The notes under the pieces are model-generated. The model was not told where the DNA came from. It searched no databases and worked only from the letters and a program-made list of their open reading frames with translations. 64,000 bases of DNA from Callorhinchus milii (lineage: Eukaryota): the NCBI RefSeq assembly GCF_018977255.1, contig NW_024704744.1, positions 50,406,001-50,470,000 on the forward strand, written 5' to 3'. Below, one piece after another: positions 49,009-61,793 of the stretch. Every line of letters starts with the position of its first letter. Position 1 is the first letter of the stretch. The translations under genes were made by a program, and so were the position numbers.

Positions 49009-50769
49009 ATTGGTGTACAGGATGCTGAACTAGAACTTCTCCAATGTAGCTCTTGTCATTTGTATCAGTGTAATGGCTCCCAACGGTGTATGGGGGAGAG
49101 TCTTTTGAGTGGAGACCTGGAAGAGAGAAGGGAAGAGTTTATAAGCAGGAATGTGTCCTACCATGTAAGACAGGTACACTTTTTAATGTTCGATGCCCCC
49201 ATGCATCTTTCTTTCTGTCTAACCCCAAGAAAACCAATTTGAAATGGGTTCATATATCTGCACCATGTTACTGTCGATCTCTATAAAAGGTGAATTTTTC
49301 TTTACAAAAGATGGTTTTGAAGGGTATAAATAAAAACTGTGCGAACAACATTATGAGAATACCAGCAAAATAAGTATTGTATTAGATAGAGACTTATGAT
49401 TGTTGCAGTTGCCTTGTTGTGTTTAGAAATTGTAAATCAGGGGTTTATGGAAACTCTTTATAATTGTTCTGATTGCCAAAGTCGCTGCATTGTTTTTTTT
49501 GTGAGAATTTCAATGTAGGAAGTACATTTTTTTTCAGAACAAGTGAGTAAGCCCAGTGTTCTAGCATCACTCATGAAAAACTTTTTTCAAATAAAAAGGG
49601 CATCGCTTTCTGCAAGGGCTATTACCTACACATTTTAATGGCTTTTGAAATCAAGTTGCCTTCTCTCGATTGTTTATCAGTGTACAGCATATCAGAGTAT
49701 CATAGTACTTTCACAAGCCATTTCTCCATATGGCTGCTTGTTTAGAATGCATCCTACAATGCTTGGATGAACTGTATCCAGCTTGTGCATTTCAACCTAT
49801 TCCTGGAATTTACCTGCAGTGTTTCATCCCCTACTCTCAGTTATTTGTCAGTAACAACTCAGCTGGCTTAGGATGTTTTTATATAGTGAACAATCCACTT
49901 GTTTACTGTGAATAGAACACTGCTGTTCAACTAAATTCATGTAATGAAGACCAAGTGCTAGCTTTTCATCATTGAGCTCAAAGGAGTAGTGTGATTGAAG
50001 TGCCCTAATCAATACAAACCCTTCTTCAACTCTAGTGACAACATGGCTAATCTCTATGTACTGACTGATTCTGTTATCATGCTTACTTTACAACACTCTG
50101 TATGTAATATGCAGTAGTTTGAAAGAAGAGATACAAATCTGTACAGCTATTATTAATACTTATATTTTCTTCTCACTCACAGATCTTACACTTTTGTTTT
50201 TTATGTTTTTAACGATCAGCGAAGATTAACTCCATCATTTTAACTCTGCTAATTATTCTCTGTATTTCTTCTTGGAAGTATTAATAATACTTTGCATTTG
50301 ATATTTTGCATAATTAGTAGGTGTATTATTCTCTCTCTCTCTCTCTGCAAACGTTTATTTTTCATTTTGCCTTTCATTCAATTGCCCTAAAATCCTGTAT
50401 GCTCAGTGTTGAAGGGTTTCAGGCATGTCCAGTCTGCTGCTGCAGGTTCGTCAATTGCTGAAGTTTCCTTCATTTGAAGATGTATGATCCTTCAGTTGTT
50501 CTTTTCTCCCTCCCCTTCTGATCTCATGGTGAATGACCAAACTAGCCCTAGATCTAATTCAAGGCTGCCTCCCATTTTTTAATCTTTCTGTGTCACAGGG
50601 AATCATGCTTTGAGTTGCTACTGGATGCTAACTAAGCTAATAAAGTTCACCCTACTCTGTTTACACTCTTGTCATATTGGTCGCACATGGATACATGTTT
50701 GAAGGAAGCCAAGCTTGACCAGGTTCCAGTCAGGTACTAACTTTGACCACTTTTCAGAAACTATTTCAA

Positions 50770-50995
50770 GGAAGAATAGGGAGCTCCCCCCGTATCCTGG
50801 ACAGTATTCCCTGGCTTATCAAAAATTCAGTAGTGAACAGATTAATTAATTGGTCATTGGCCATTGTTGTTTGTGTGGCTTTGCTGGCTGCGGATTACAT
50901 GCAAGCAGTCACAACCGTTCAGAGTGTGTGAAGAGCACTGAAATGTTTTAATGTGATAAAGCACTGTATCAAATACAAGAATCGTTTATTATTAA
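50770..50995 (+). mobile_element. Deu-domain SINE 3' half
   Basis: ctatttcaaggaagaatagggagctcccccgtatcctgg..; tail. Confidence 0.7.
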
Positions 50996-51009
50996 AACAT
51001 TGATCTGCG

Positions 51010-52250
51010 TCCTATCTGCAACCTACCTTTCCTTGCCAAAGTCCTGGAACGCATTGTTGCAGGTCAACTTCGGTCACACCTCTCCCTCCACTTCCTCCTC
51101 AAGCCCCTGCAGCCTAGTTTTCTGTGCTGCCCACAGCACAGATACAATGCTTGTCAAAGTCACAAACGTCATTCTCTCTATCTGTGACCAGGGCTCCCTC
51201 TACCTCCTCGTCCTCCTGGATCTCTCTGCCACATTCGACACAGCCAACCATGCCATCCTCTTCCACCTCCTCTCCTCCCTCATCCACCTTAGTGGGACCG
51301 CACTCGCATGGTTTGAGTCCTACTTAACCATCCTCCTCCGTTTCATCTCAGCAAATGGTTTCTCCTCCCTCTCCCGCCCGATCACCTGCGGGTTACTCCC
51401 GGCCTCCATCCTTGGCCCTCTACTTTCCTTATCTATATGCTCCCTCTGGGGGATGTCATCCGCAGACACGGGGTAAACTTCCACATGTATGCGGATGACA
51501 CACAAATCTACTTTGCCTCCTCCAGTACCAACTCCAGGTCCACCGATGTTCTATCAGCTTGTCTGGCAGACATCAGGGCCCGGATTCCTGGAGCTGAATA
51601 TGGATAAGATGGAAGCCATACACCTTGGCTCCTGTGAACACTTTCACTCCTGTGGATCTGAATTTCTCACCCTCCCTGGGCTCTCCCTCAGACTCGCTGA
51701 ACCAGTGCGCAATCTAGGCGTCCGGTTCCATCCCCGCTGTCCTTCCTCCCCCACATCTGGTCCCTGTTCTTCCAACTCCGCCACATTGCCCGCCTCCGAC
51801 CGTACCTTACCCCAAATGCAGCCGAAACCCTCGTGCATGCGTTTGTCACCTCCCGCCTGGATTACTCAAACACACCCTTCTCCGGTCTCCCCAGCTCCAC
51901 TATTCAAAAGATCCAGCTCATTCAGAATTCTGCCGCCCACATACTGACCCGGACCAAACTCCATACCCACATCTCACCAGTTCTGGCCAGGCTCCACTGG
52001 CTCCCCATCATCAAAAGGATCGACTTCAAGATCCTCACACTCGTGTTCAAATCCCTTCATTCCCTGGCACCTCCCTACCTCTCCAACCTCCTCGCTCCCC
52101 AATCCTCTACCCGGCACCTCCGCTTGACTGGCACCGGCCTCCTACTCATCACTTGCACCCTCTGCCCCACCATTGGAGGTTGCGCTTTCAGCCACTACGT
52201 CCAGAAACTCTGGAACACTCTCCCTCAGTCCCTTGCCCCCTCTCTCGATG
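51010..52250 (+). mobile_element. L2 LINE fragment (RT to C-terminus), frameshifted
   Basis: HSTDTMLVKVTN..LLVLLDLSATFDT; catgtatgcggatgacacacaa (MYADDTQ); FVTSRLDYSN..IQNSAAH..LHWLP..FKIL. Confidence 0.95.
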
Positions 52251-52809
52251 CACCTATTTCATATCATTCTGGTGATAAGAGTTTTGTTAGGAGAGCAAAG
52301 AATTGATGTTGCGTTTCTGCTTTGGCTGTTCTGTTTCGTGAAATGGCAATACGACTGTTGCAAAAAGACTGTAAATGTAAATGCAGAGCAAAAGGCACTT
52401 GTCGCTCAGTTACAACTGAATCCTGATAAATGTGCAGCAAGTTTTTCTAGACACGTAATGTGTTTATCCAAACTCAATTGTAGTAACCTGTTATTTCAAT
52501 GGATAAATTTAGTATGCCAAGTGCCTGCCAATTACTACTTTTTATTGTTCCAAAACCAAACCGACAACTGTTTATATTGCAGCTTCTTCTCAGACAAAAC
52601 AGTTCCCTGCAATCAAGCAACTTCTCTGATTTTTTGCCAAATGCAGATCGCAAACTTAAAAGTTACAGTGATTCACAGGAAATTTGTATAAATGTTAATG
52701 TCTCACAAATGAGTTGGGCACCATCACACTGAACTGGCTGCTGTGGTTATTTATTTTCTTTCCAGAGTTTTTACCTTCCGTTCCTCAAGTTGTGACTCAC
52801 ACTGGGGTA

Positions 52810-52920
52810 CGCTATGCCCATGAAATATACAGTCAGTTCACTTTACCCTGTACTCTGTGAAGCACTTTGAGACATCCCAACGACATGAAGGCGCTATATC
52901 AATTGCAAGAGTTATTATTT
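52810..52920 (+). mobile_element. SINE 3' tail
   Basis: atatacagtcagttcacttta..gtgaagcactttgagac..gcgctatatcaa. Confidence 0.8.
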
Positions 52921-53614
52921 AGTCTGTGTTCCAGCTTGCTTGGCTCACAGGTTTTATATACACACACATATATATTTGTAATGATAGATGGGATATTCAG
53001 TGACATGAGCTGTTCACAAAATGCGTCACACACACACACACACACGTGCACAGGGCACAGAGCACAGACTTACTCAGTATGTGGGACAGATGATGATTAA
53101 GGTGAATGGAAAACGTTCATGATTCAGGTGATTCCTGTGTTCAGTGACTAACCTGCAAGTATTTTTTCCTAACCACAGTGCAGTGGGATATGGTGGCAGT
53201 ATATGAAAGATGTTCATTCTGTTGTTTTTTTAGTATTAGTGTGGGCTGCTTATTCAGTAATTATAGCTTTCATCTCCCTCTTGAAAATATTGGGTCCACC
53301 TTGCTCTTATTGTTAAAATAGCGATCTGATAAAGAAGTAACAAAAAGTTTATTTTTTAAAAAGCGATCAGCCTTTGGTGTTGTCTACAATGTCAAATCCC
53401 GCTTGTGAGAAATAAAGCTTATAAATTGAGGATGGTTATAGCTCCAACAATCACATATTTTGCTAAATTGTGCTTACTTTTCAGCATTCTTAAATATTAA
53501 CAAGAATATGAACTGTTGTTGTTGAATATGTACTAAAGTGTTTAGGACAGCATGCAATTTTACTGCTAACCAACACCACCACCAAATTGCATTTATACAG
53601 TGATGGGGAATTAT

Positions 53615-54115
53615 AATAATAATTGCATTTGGCAATGCACATCAAAACGTCTGTAGCGCTTCACAGCAATTACTATATTTGTAGATGAATGAGACAGCAA
53701 GTCCCACAAACAGCTAGGAGGTGAATGACCAATTGAACTGGATTAGTGTCGTCCAGGACACAGGAAGGAAGAAACTTATTTTTCTGAATAGTACCATAGG
53801 TTCACCTGTACAAGTAGATGGAATCTCAATTGAATAATTCAACAGAAGCATGGTTTCCCTGATATTGCACTGGAGTGGAGCCCATGTCAACATTTGTCCT
53901 TTAATGGTATTGGTGTGAGCTGCTTATTCAGTAATTGTGGCTTTAATCTCCCTCTATTGGATATATTGGGTCTTTTTGGGTCCATTGTGCTCTTATTGCA
54001 ATCTTATAAAGAAGTAGCAAAAAGCTTGTCAAATACCACAAATATTTGACATGGGGCTTGAACTGATAACCCTCTGAACCAAACACGAGCACTCGCAACT
54101 ATGCCAGACTGACAC
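53615..54115 (-). mobile_element. Deu-domain SINE relic interrupted by a mosaic insertion
   Basis: cagcaagtcccacaaacagc..ccaggacac..ttgcactggagtg, then resumes atggggcttgaac..aaccctctga. Confidence 0.7.
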
Positions 54116-54164
54116 CTGAATTACAGTTTAGGCTATTGTCACAAGATCATAAGAGAGATTCGGA

Positions 54165-54420
54165 TGAAGAATGCCCTTTGGCCCATTTGATCTTGTGCTT
54201 TCAGAATACTAACTCCATAACACCACCAAAATGTTTCTTAAATTAATCCAATGCCCTGGTCTTAACCACCCCTCCCATTGCTCTGTATGAAGAAATAATT
54301 CCAAGTGTTTGTCATAAAATTGTCCTTTACAATCCTGAACCTGTGTCCTCTTTTCCTCCTGCCTTGGCATATCTGAAAATATTATTCTGGATAATGTTTT
54401 CAATTCCTTTGGGTCATTAA
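54165..54420 (-). mobile_element. CR1 3' fragment
   Basis: Tail gatgaagaatgccctttggcccat; LFLHTE/FFIQ..W relic. Confidence 0.6.
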
Positions 54421-54734
54421 GATACATATTTTAAACAGTGCCAAGATAACATAGAAAAGTGTGACTTTCATAGATTTAATAGCCTTGCTAAATATTGCTC
54501 ATGAAAAATGTTGCTCATTTATTGTGATTAAAAAGTGTAATCTACAACAACGTGTATAGGGCCTCGCATGTAGGATGAGGTCTTGAAACATTCTGTGGTA
54601 TTTTAGCGTGAACCATTTGTAAAAATAACTGGAGCTAGTGACATTCAGATGAGTTTGCGATCTGTACCTCTCTTGCTGATTATGAATTTCATTCCTCAAT
54701 GTTTTTTATGAAGTTTTTATGAAGTCTCCACAAA

Positions 54735-55845
54735 CGTCCTCTCCTCCAGCCCTGCACCGTCTTGCGAAGGGTTCCTCAGGCGCTGTCCTTGCCCCTCCTC
54801 TTCGATATCTACATGCTTCCTCTTGGTGGTATCATCCGCAGACATGAGGTCAATTTCCACATGTATGCGGATGACACCCAAACTCTATTTCTCTGCCTCC
54901 ACCCTCGACTCCAGGCCCACTGCTATCCTACGCAGACTGGCTTTCACACATCAACTCCTGGATGAGAGGTAATTTTTCCAGTTGAACGTCAACAAGGCCG
55001 AGGGTCTCCTGATTGACTCCCGTCAGCGCCTCCACACCTCAGGCGCTGACAGCATCACCATCCATGGTTGCACACTCCACCTTACTGAGCCAGTCCGGAA
55101 CCTTGGCGTCTTGTTTGACACTCAATTGGCCGTTTTACTCCACATCTACTCTGCTTTCCCCCACCTCCACAACATCGCCTGACTCTGCCACTGCCTTAGC
55201 CCTCAGGCCACCGAAACCGTCATCCTCACATTTATCACATCTAGACTCGAATACGCCACCTCCCTGCTTGTCGGCCTTCCCAATGCTTCCCTCCACAAGC
55301 TGCAGATCATCCAGAACTCCACAGCTAATGTCCTCTCCCACACCACACTTCATGATCATATCACCCGCACACTCGCTCGGCTCCACTGACTCTCTATCTC
55401 TCAGAGGATGGAGTTCAAAATCCTCATCCTCCCCTTCAACGTCCTCCCCTGCAATGCCCTCCATGGCCTTGCTCCTTCCTACCTTTATGACCTGCTAACC
55501 CCATATAAACCTGTCCTCTCCCTCTGCTCAGCAGGCTCCTGCCTGCCTGCTTCACATCCTCTGCCCAGCCCGCCCCACCATCGACGGTCGGGCCTGCAGC
55601 CTTTGCCCCCACCCTTTGGAACTCCATCCCATAGTCCCTTCGCCTTGCTCCCTCCTTTCCCTCCTTCAAGGCACATCTCAAGAAACCTCCTCTTCGACCA
55701 TGCCTTCGGCCACCCTCCTCCCATCCCCGTCCTCCACTCTCCCTGATCCCAAACCCCCTGCTTGGGTCTAAATCGCTGACTATCCAGCGCTTTGGAACAT
55801 CCTCCTGACGTGAAAGATGCTATACAAATGTAATTTTGTATTGTG
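54735..55845 (+). mobile_element. L2 LINE 3' ~1.1 kb with tail
   Basis: [27 protein letters not shown]; FKILILPF..LHGLAPSYL; tail gtgaaagatgctatacaaatgtaattttg. Confidence 0.95.
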
Positions 55846-57254
55846 ATGTTTTGCATAACTGAATGAATCGAATCCTATGTAATCCTTACCTTTGAAATAG
55901 CACCTATAAGGTCAAAATATTTCATGAGATTATGTTTTGTGCTAAAGTACAGAATATATCACTGTTGGTGCAAATTTAAAACTTTCTGTTATGTTTGTGC
56001 AACAAAAGGCAGTAATGTACATATCCCGAAGCATTGCACAATCCAGATGAAGCCTGACTAACATTTGTCCTTTAATGAACTCCGTGACCAAATAATTGCC
56101 TTTTTTCGTTGAAGGAAATGTTTTTGAGTATGTTTCAGTGAATGTCAAAATGCAGAAATTTAAAAAAAAACTAAGTCATTCTGCCAACAATAGTTTTGGC
56201 TGAGGAACTTACATTTTCCATGAGGAAAGTAAGTGCATTTCCACCACATGGGTAACACAGGAAACAATCGCCTACAGTTATTTAATGCGTCAGCTGCGAT
56301 CCTCGTTTATATTAAAACAAGTTACTTTGTGCAATGCAGAGGTGGTTGGATGGTTTCTGAAATGTGTGCTGGAGGTGCAGGTACAGTAGGTGGAATGTGG
56401 TCTTTAGATGTCTGTGCAGTCATAGCACATTAACCCTCTAAGAGGATGTAAGTAAAACATGTTTATTAAGACTTAAATATATTACATAACACCATAGTAG
56501 GGTTCAGTGATTTTTAAAACACTCTCAGCACAAACAGTTTACAATGTAGAGTGGACACTAGCTGTGGTTTGGAAAGACAGATGTAAGCATGCAGGTGTCT
56601 TCTGCATATGCTACAGCTATGTCTAGAACACATCCTACACACTGATACCTCCCCCGACACCACCACCGCAGCTAACCTCCCCCGACAACACCACCTTTTT
56701 AGGAAGAACTGAAGGAAGTTACAAATTGTGAAGGTATTGAAGTTTTTAATTCCTCTGTAGTTCAGGCTCATCAAATCTGGAAAATCTTTGTGCACTATCA
56801 ACAAATACGTTCTGGTTTTTGTGCATTTTCAGATCTTAGCATAAAAACCTGCATTCGCAGGAGCCGTACAGATATCTACATCAATCTGTGGAGCAGTTTG
56901 TCACTTTCATCTTCCTACTTTTCTGATTCTGACTCTCTTTCTCCCTGTCTCTTTTTTACTTACATTTCATTTTTCTTTTACATTATTTTATATTACTTTT
57001 ACTCCTTTCTTTACTGTTTTATTTTAAAGGAAGTTTATGTTTAGATTTTTGCCTTGTGCTATTTTATATTATTTTTGCTTGTCACTTGTTTTCCACATAA
57101 TTTTCTGAACACAATTGCACATTGTGCTCTTACCAGATTTGGTGAGAAAACATTTATTCTTCCATGAGTCAATCTTATGTAGAACCAGTAGCAGTTGACA
57201 CGAACAGTGAACTTGTGAACACGAATTATCGGATTTCTAAAGCTTATTCTTATT

Positions 57255-57500
57255 AATAATTATTGCCTTATCACACCCAATGTAGTCTGAAAGCGCCAAA
57301 CAGAATTTTTCAGCAAAATAGAGTGACTATGTTTGAGGCAAATGTAGCAGCATGTTTGCATACAGCAATATTTCACAAACAGCCAATAAGTAAATGAGCA
57401 CAATTTTTATGTGGAGGATTGTTGGTCAGGAGACTGGAAGAAACTCCCTTCTTAAAATAATATCGTAGGACCTTCAACATCCACTTGTTAATCCACTTGA
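57255..57500 (-). mobile_element. Deu-domain SINE relic
   Basis: gttggtcaggagactggaagaaactccctt..ggaccttcaacatccac. Confidence 0.65.
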
Positions 57501-57770
57501 TGATTGCAGACAAATGGGAAAAAAATCATGTATTTATTGGTTTAATGTTCTTGGGTGAAATGGACTCCAGGCACCTGGTCTCAATCCAGTTCCTAATGCA
57601 CTCACTCTCACAGTGCAAACTTACAGAGTAAAACCCATTTTATGCTAAATTGATTGCCAAAAGCAAGGCGAAAATCAATTTTGGTGGCGTAGATGGTGTC
57701 CTGAATTTAACATCAAAATATTCTGTTGCAGCAGAGCAGTAAGAGGTTTTCTTCTCCATCTGGCTGTGTA

Positions 57771-59900
57771 ACAACAACAACAAATTACACTTGTATAGCA
57801 CTCTTCACGTCAGAAAGACGTCCCAGAGCGCTGGACAATCGGGTTTTGGACCCGAGTTGGGGTCAGAAGGAGAGGAGGGCAGGGGGGTGCGGGAGGGTGG
57901 CCGAAGGCACAATCGAAGAGGAAGGTTTTCAAACGGGACTTGAAGGAGGCAGAGGGGGTGAGGCAGAGGGATTGTGGGATAGAGTTCCAGAGTGCGGGAG
58001 CAGAGGTGCTGAATGCAGGAAGTGCGGGGGACCTGAAGCAGGCTGGTGTCTGCCGAGTGCAGGGAGCAGACAGGCTGATATGGGTTATGAGATCAGAGAG
58101 GTAGGGAGGAGAAGACTGTGGAGGGCTTTGAACTTGAGAACGAGGGTTTTGTACTCTATTCTCTGAGCCAGTGAAGCTGGGCAAGAATGGGGTGATAGGT
58201 TCCCGGAGCCTGTTGCGGGAGAGGACATGAGCTGCAGAGTTTTGAATAATCTGCAGCTTGTGGAGGGAAGAGTTGGGAGGTCCAGTGAGCAGGCAGTTGG
58301 AATAGTGAAGCCGAGACATAATGAAAGCGTGGATCAGGGTCTTGGCAGCCTTCAGTGGCGGAGGTGGGCAATGTTGCAGAGGCGTGGAAAGGCAGAACGG
58401 GTCACGGCATAAATGTGGGGTTTGAAGGATAGCTGAGGATCGAAAAGGACACCGAGGTTTTGGATGTGGAATCCTGTAGCTCACTGATTAGAGCACTCAC
58501 CTTGTAAGCGAGACACTTGGGTTTGATTCCCGGCAGGGTGAAATGTCGGGCAAGTTTCCTTACTCCACATGCCTCTGTTTATCCAGCAGTAAGTAGGAAC
58601 CTGGTTGTTAGTCGATTGGCGGATCGCTTTTCCGGGGATAATAATCCTTAAAAAAAAATAATAATTTTGTAACTCAGTCTATGACTGTTTGTAGGACACT
58701 GCTGCGCGCAATTGGCTATCACATTTTGCTCACAAATTGTAGAGTCAATTCACTTTACAGGATATTCTGTGAAGCGCTTTGAGACGTCTAGAGGATGTAA
58801 AAAGCACTATATCAAATGCAAGGATTATTAATATTGGCTCGGTGAGGTGAAGAGTGCAGTAATGAATAGTAATAGTGTCAGCGACTGAGGTGAGGAGGTG
58901 CTGCCAGGAGCCGAGCACGAGGGCCTCTGTCTTGCCAACATTGAGCTGGAGGAAGTTGGCTCTCGTCCAGGACTTGATGTCAGACAGACAATTAGCCAGG
59001 ACATCAATGTATCTGGAGTCGAGGGTGGAGGCGGCGAGATAGAGTTGGGTGTCATCCACATACATGGGGAAATTGAACCCCTGGTCTGCAGATCACATCG
59101 CTGAGCGGGAGCATGTATAGAATGAAGAGGAGGGGACCGAGGACAGAGCCCTGAAGAGCGCCACATGTAACAGTACGAGGACTAGAGGAGAAGCGGTTGG
59201 TGGCCACAGTGTGCAAACAATGGGAAAGATAGGATTGGAACCAGTAAAGAACAGAGCCATTGAGGTAGAGGTGAGGGGAGAGGCAGTGGAGAAGAATAGA
59301 GTGGTCAACAGTATCGATAGCGCCCGAGTCAAGCGTTTGACAAGGAGGCAGAGAGAGCCCTAGTCACAGGTGGTCAGAATGTCATTTGTCACTTTGACCA
59401 GGGCTTCCGTGCTGTCAGCAGCACAAAACCCAGATCATAAGGGTTCATGGAGGGAATGCTGGGAGAGGAAAGAGCGAAGCTGGGAAGCGACAACTTGTTC
59501 CGTGTCATTTGTTTGAAATGGGGGGTAGTTGGAGAGCAGAGATGGATCAAGAGAAGGTTATTTGAGGGTAGTGGTGATGTTGGCTGTCTTTCGGTGGATG
59601 GATACAGTGCCAGTGGACAGGTAGAGGTTAACACAGTCTGTTGTAGGGGGCAAGGAGGTAGAGCTGGGAGGTGAGGAGAAGGGTAGGGATGAGGTCAAAT
59701 CCATCATCTTCTCGCATTTGGTGTTGGGGAGAGGAAAGCAGAGGCATGAGAGTGTGGACGGAGCAGTTGGTTTATGGTAGAAAAGAGGAGTCTGTGGTTG
59801 TCCTTAGCTTCCAAGATGATTTTGGAATAAAAGGATGACTTAGCTGAGACGAGGGCAGAGCAGTAGGTCTTGGTGCAGTCCTGCCAGATCTGATAGTGAA
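57771..59900 (-). mobile_element. L2 LINE fragment, interrupted by a SINE and an internal deletion
   Basis: IHAFIMSRLHYSN..IQNSAAH; MYVDDTQLYL..FLQLNVGKTE; ggctctgtcctcggtcccctcctctt (QGSVLGPLL); YSKIILEAKDNHRLLFSTINQLL; (gtt)n tail at 57771. Confidence 0.92.
58468..58830 (+). mobile_element. Full-length tRNA-derived SINE, long variant, nested in L2
   Basis: Head ggaatcctgtagctcac..gggtttgattcc, extra segment 58575-58637, standard tail; L2 sequence is collinear on both sides. Confidence 0.92.
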
Positions 59901-60419
59901 ACATTCATTTGGATTTGCACCAGGTGCAATGTTTGATCCTGACAGGAGTGATTGATGCTGACACCATGAGTCTGAACTGGGAACATATTGCATCAAACAT
60001 CCCTCACCTCAGTAAGCATAAACAAATAATTTAAACTTCAGAAACTTGCCCTATATTTAAAAGGGATAAAACTTGCATCAGGTTTCACTCCACAAACTTA
60101 TTCACAATTAGAGAGACTAATCTGTACCAGCAATTCGTTGGTAAATTTACAATAATTTATTAATTTCAAATATTTACAGGTTGTATAGCAGGGTTAAACC
60201 TTTGTCCATTTACGAGCAGTGCGTTTGAGATTTCTATACAATGGTGAATAAAATGAAAAGTAGATCTGCATTTGCTGAATGCATGAAGGGAAGGACAATG
60301 AAGAAGAGATGTAGAGAGACTGAAGTCCTTGAGAATAAGGAGCTGAGGAAATCGATCAGGGCTTTCCAACTGAAAAACAGATAAACTCAGCCCATTTATC
60401 TGAGGTAAACTCAAGACAG

Positions 60420-60540
60420 ATAAAAAGAAAACACAAAATGCTGAAAATCAGGAATAAAACCAGAAAATGCTGGAAATCCACAGCAGAGCTGATGGAGAAA
60501 ACAAACATAGCTGTTCAGAATGATCCTTCATCAGAAACCC
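60420..60540 (-). mobile_element. Decayed second copy of the Penelope-like hammerhead repeat
   Basis: Minus strand ttctgatgaaggatc..tctgctgtggatttccagcattttctggttttatt..cagcattttgtgttt resembles 10905-11050; GAAA box decayed. Confidence 0.6.
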
Positions 60541-61689
60541 GGGTAAACCTTCAGCTGCTCTCATCTGAAATCTGAGATTTCTCATATTCTTAGGTTTAAA
60601 AGCATTGTCTTAAAATTGGACCGGAGGAATTTTGGAAAATAGTCTTAAAATCGTACCTCATTTGGAAGCTGATTTTCCACAGTCCACTCAGCTAACTCAG
60701 GCTTGCTGCAAGTCCTGTGCCTACTCTGTGTTTTTATACCTCTAACCTCTGGGATTCGTCCCTAGACCCAGCTCATTCTACTCAGGTGGAAATAGTCCGT
60801 CCTTGTGGTAGGTACAGGTATGAGAAAGGCACTGTTTTCTGCCAATTAAATTCTAACATTACCAGATGGAAGCGAAGTGTTGCCAGATGCACAGCAGAGT
60901 TTCACAGCAGAATTATTGTCTTCCCCTCAAATCAGCATGAAGCACAGTCTGAACTTAGAAAATGGGTCTCTTGGTTCTCGTTTACATACCTGACGCATGT
61001 ACATTAATATAACCATCTTACAAAGCATACAGTCACTACAGTTTACAGTCATGTGAAGTATTTTGAGGTGTCTTCTGAGGTGAAGACTTACAAGGATTGT
61101 TATTTTTCTTAACAATGCAAAAATCAAGCTGTACATGTTATTTTTACCTTTTCAATGGATTTTACCCTTTCTATGCTTTTATCTTTCTACCAACTCTGTT
61201 CGCATTGGTTAATAATAGATGGATTCACATTTAAAGTAGTTTAGTTGCAGGCTCTCTCATCTGAAGTCATTCTTCAGGAATACCAGTGGCAATCTCCATT
61301 CAGGATTTGGTTTTGGTTTCCTTTCATAATCCATGCAATGCGTATGGAGTATAAAGTGCCAAGCAAGAGATTTGAGAATGAAATTGCATTGAAAGGAGTT
61401 ATGTTCCTTGTAGTGGTCTTGGAGTGGTTGGGAGGAGGGGGATTAGAACAGTACAATAATGCAATACTAAGTAATGAGTAATGGTACAGTCAGCTGTTTT
61501 CTGATATCTATCTGCAGGAGGACCAGCAAGGAAGAAACCCAGAATTGAATAATCAGTGGATTTCGAATCCACAGTATTTTTGTTGTAAAACAAACCTGAT
61601 ATATGGGAGTAACTACAAGTACTTTTTTCCTCTTGCTACAATAACTACTGTCTTTCCTTTCGCTCCACCTTTATGGTATTGTCCTTTTG

Positions 61690-61793
61690 CCCACAAAAGC
61701 ATAGTCAATCCACTGTACAATATATTCTGTGAAGCATTTTGAGATGTCGCAACAATGTGATAAGATGCTATATCAAATGCAAGGATTATTATT
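61690..61793 (+). mobile_element. SINE 3' tail
   Basis: attctgtgaagcattttgagatg..gctatatcaaatgcaaggattatt. Confidence 0.85.

Noticed and set aside
2570-61793. Recurring tcaaatgcaaggattattatt motif as a CRISPR-like or regulatory array
   Set aside because: Irregular spacing on both strands; it is simply the SINE 3' terminus.
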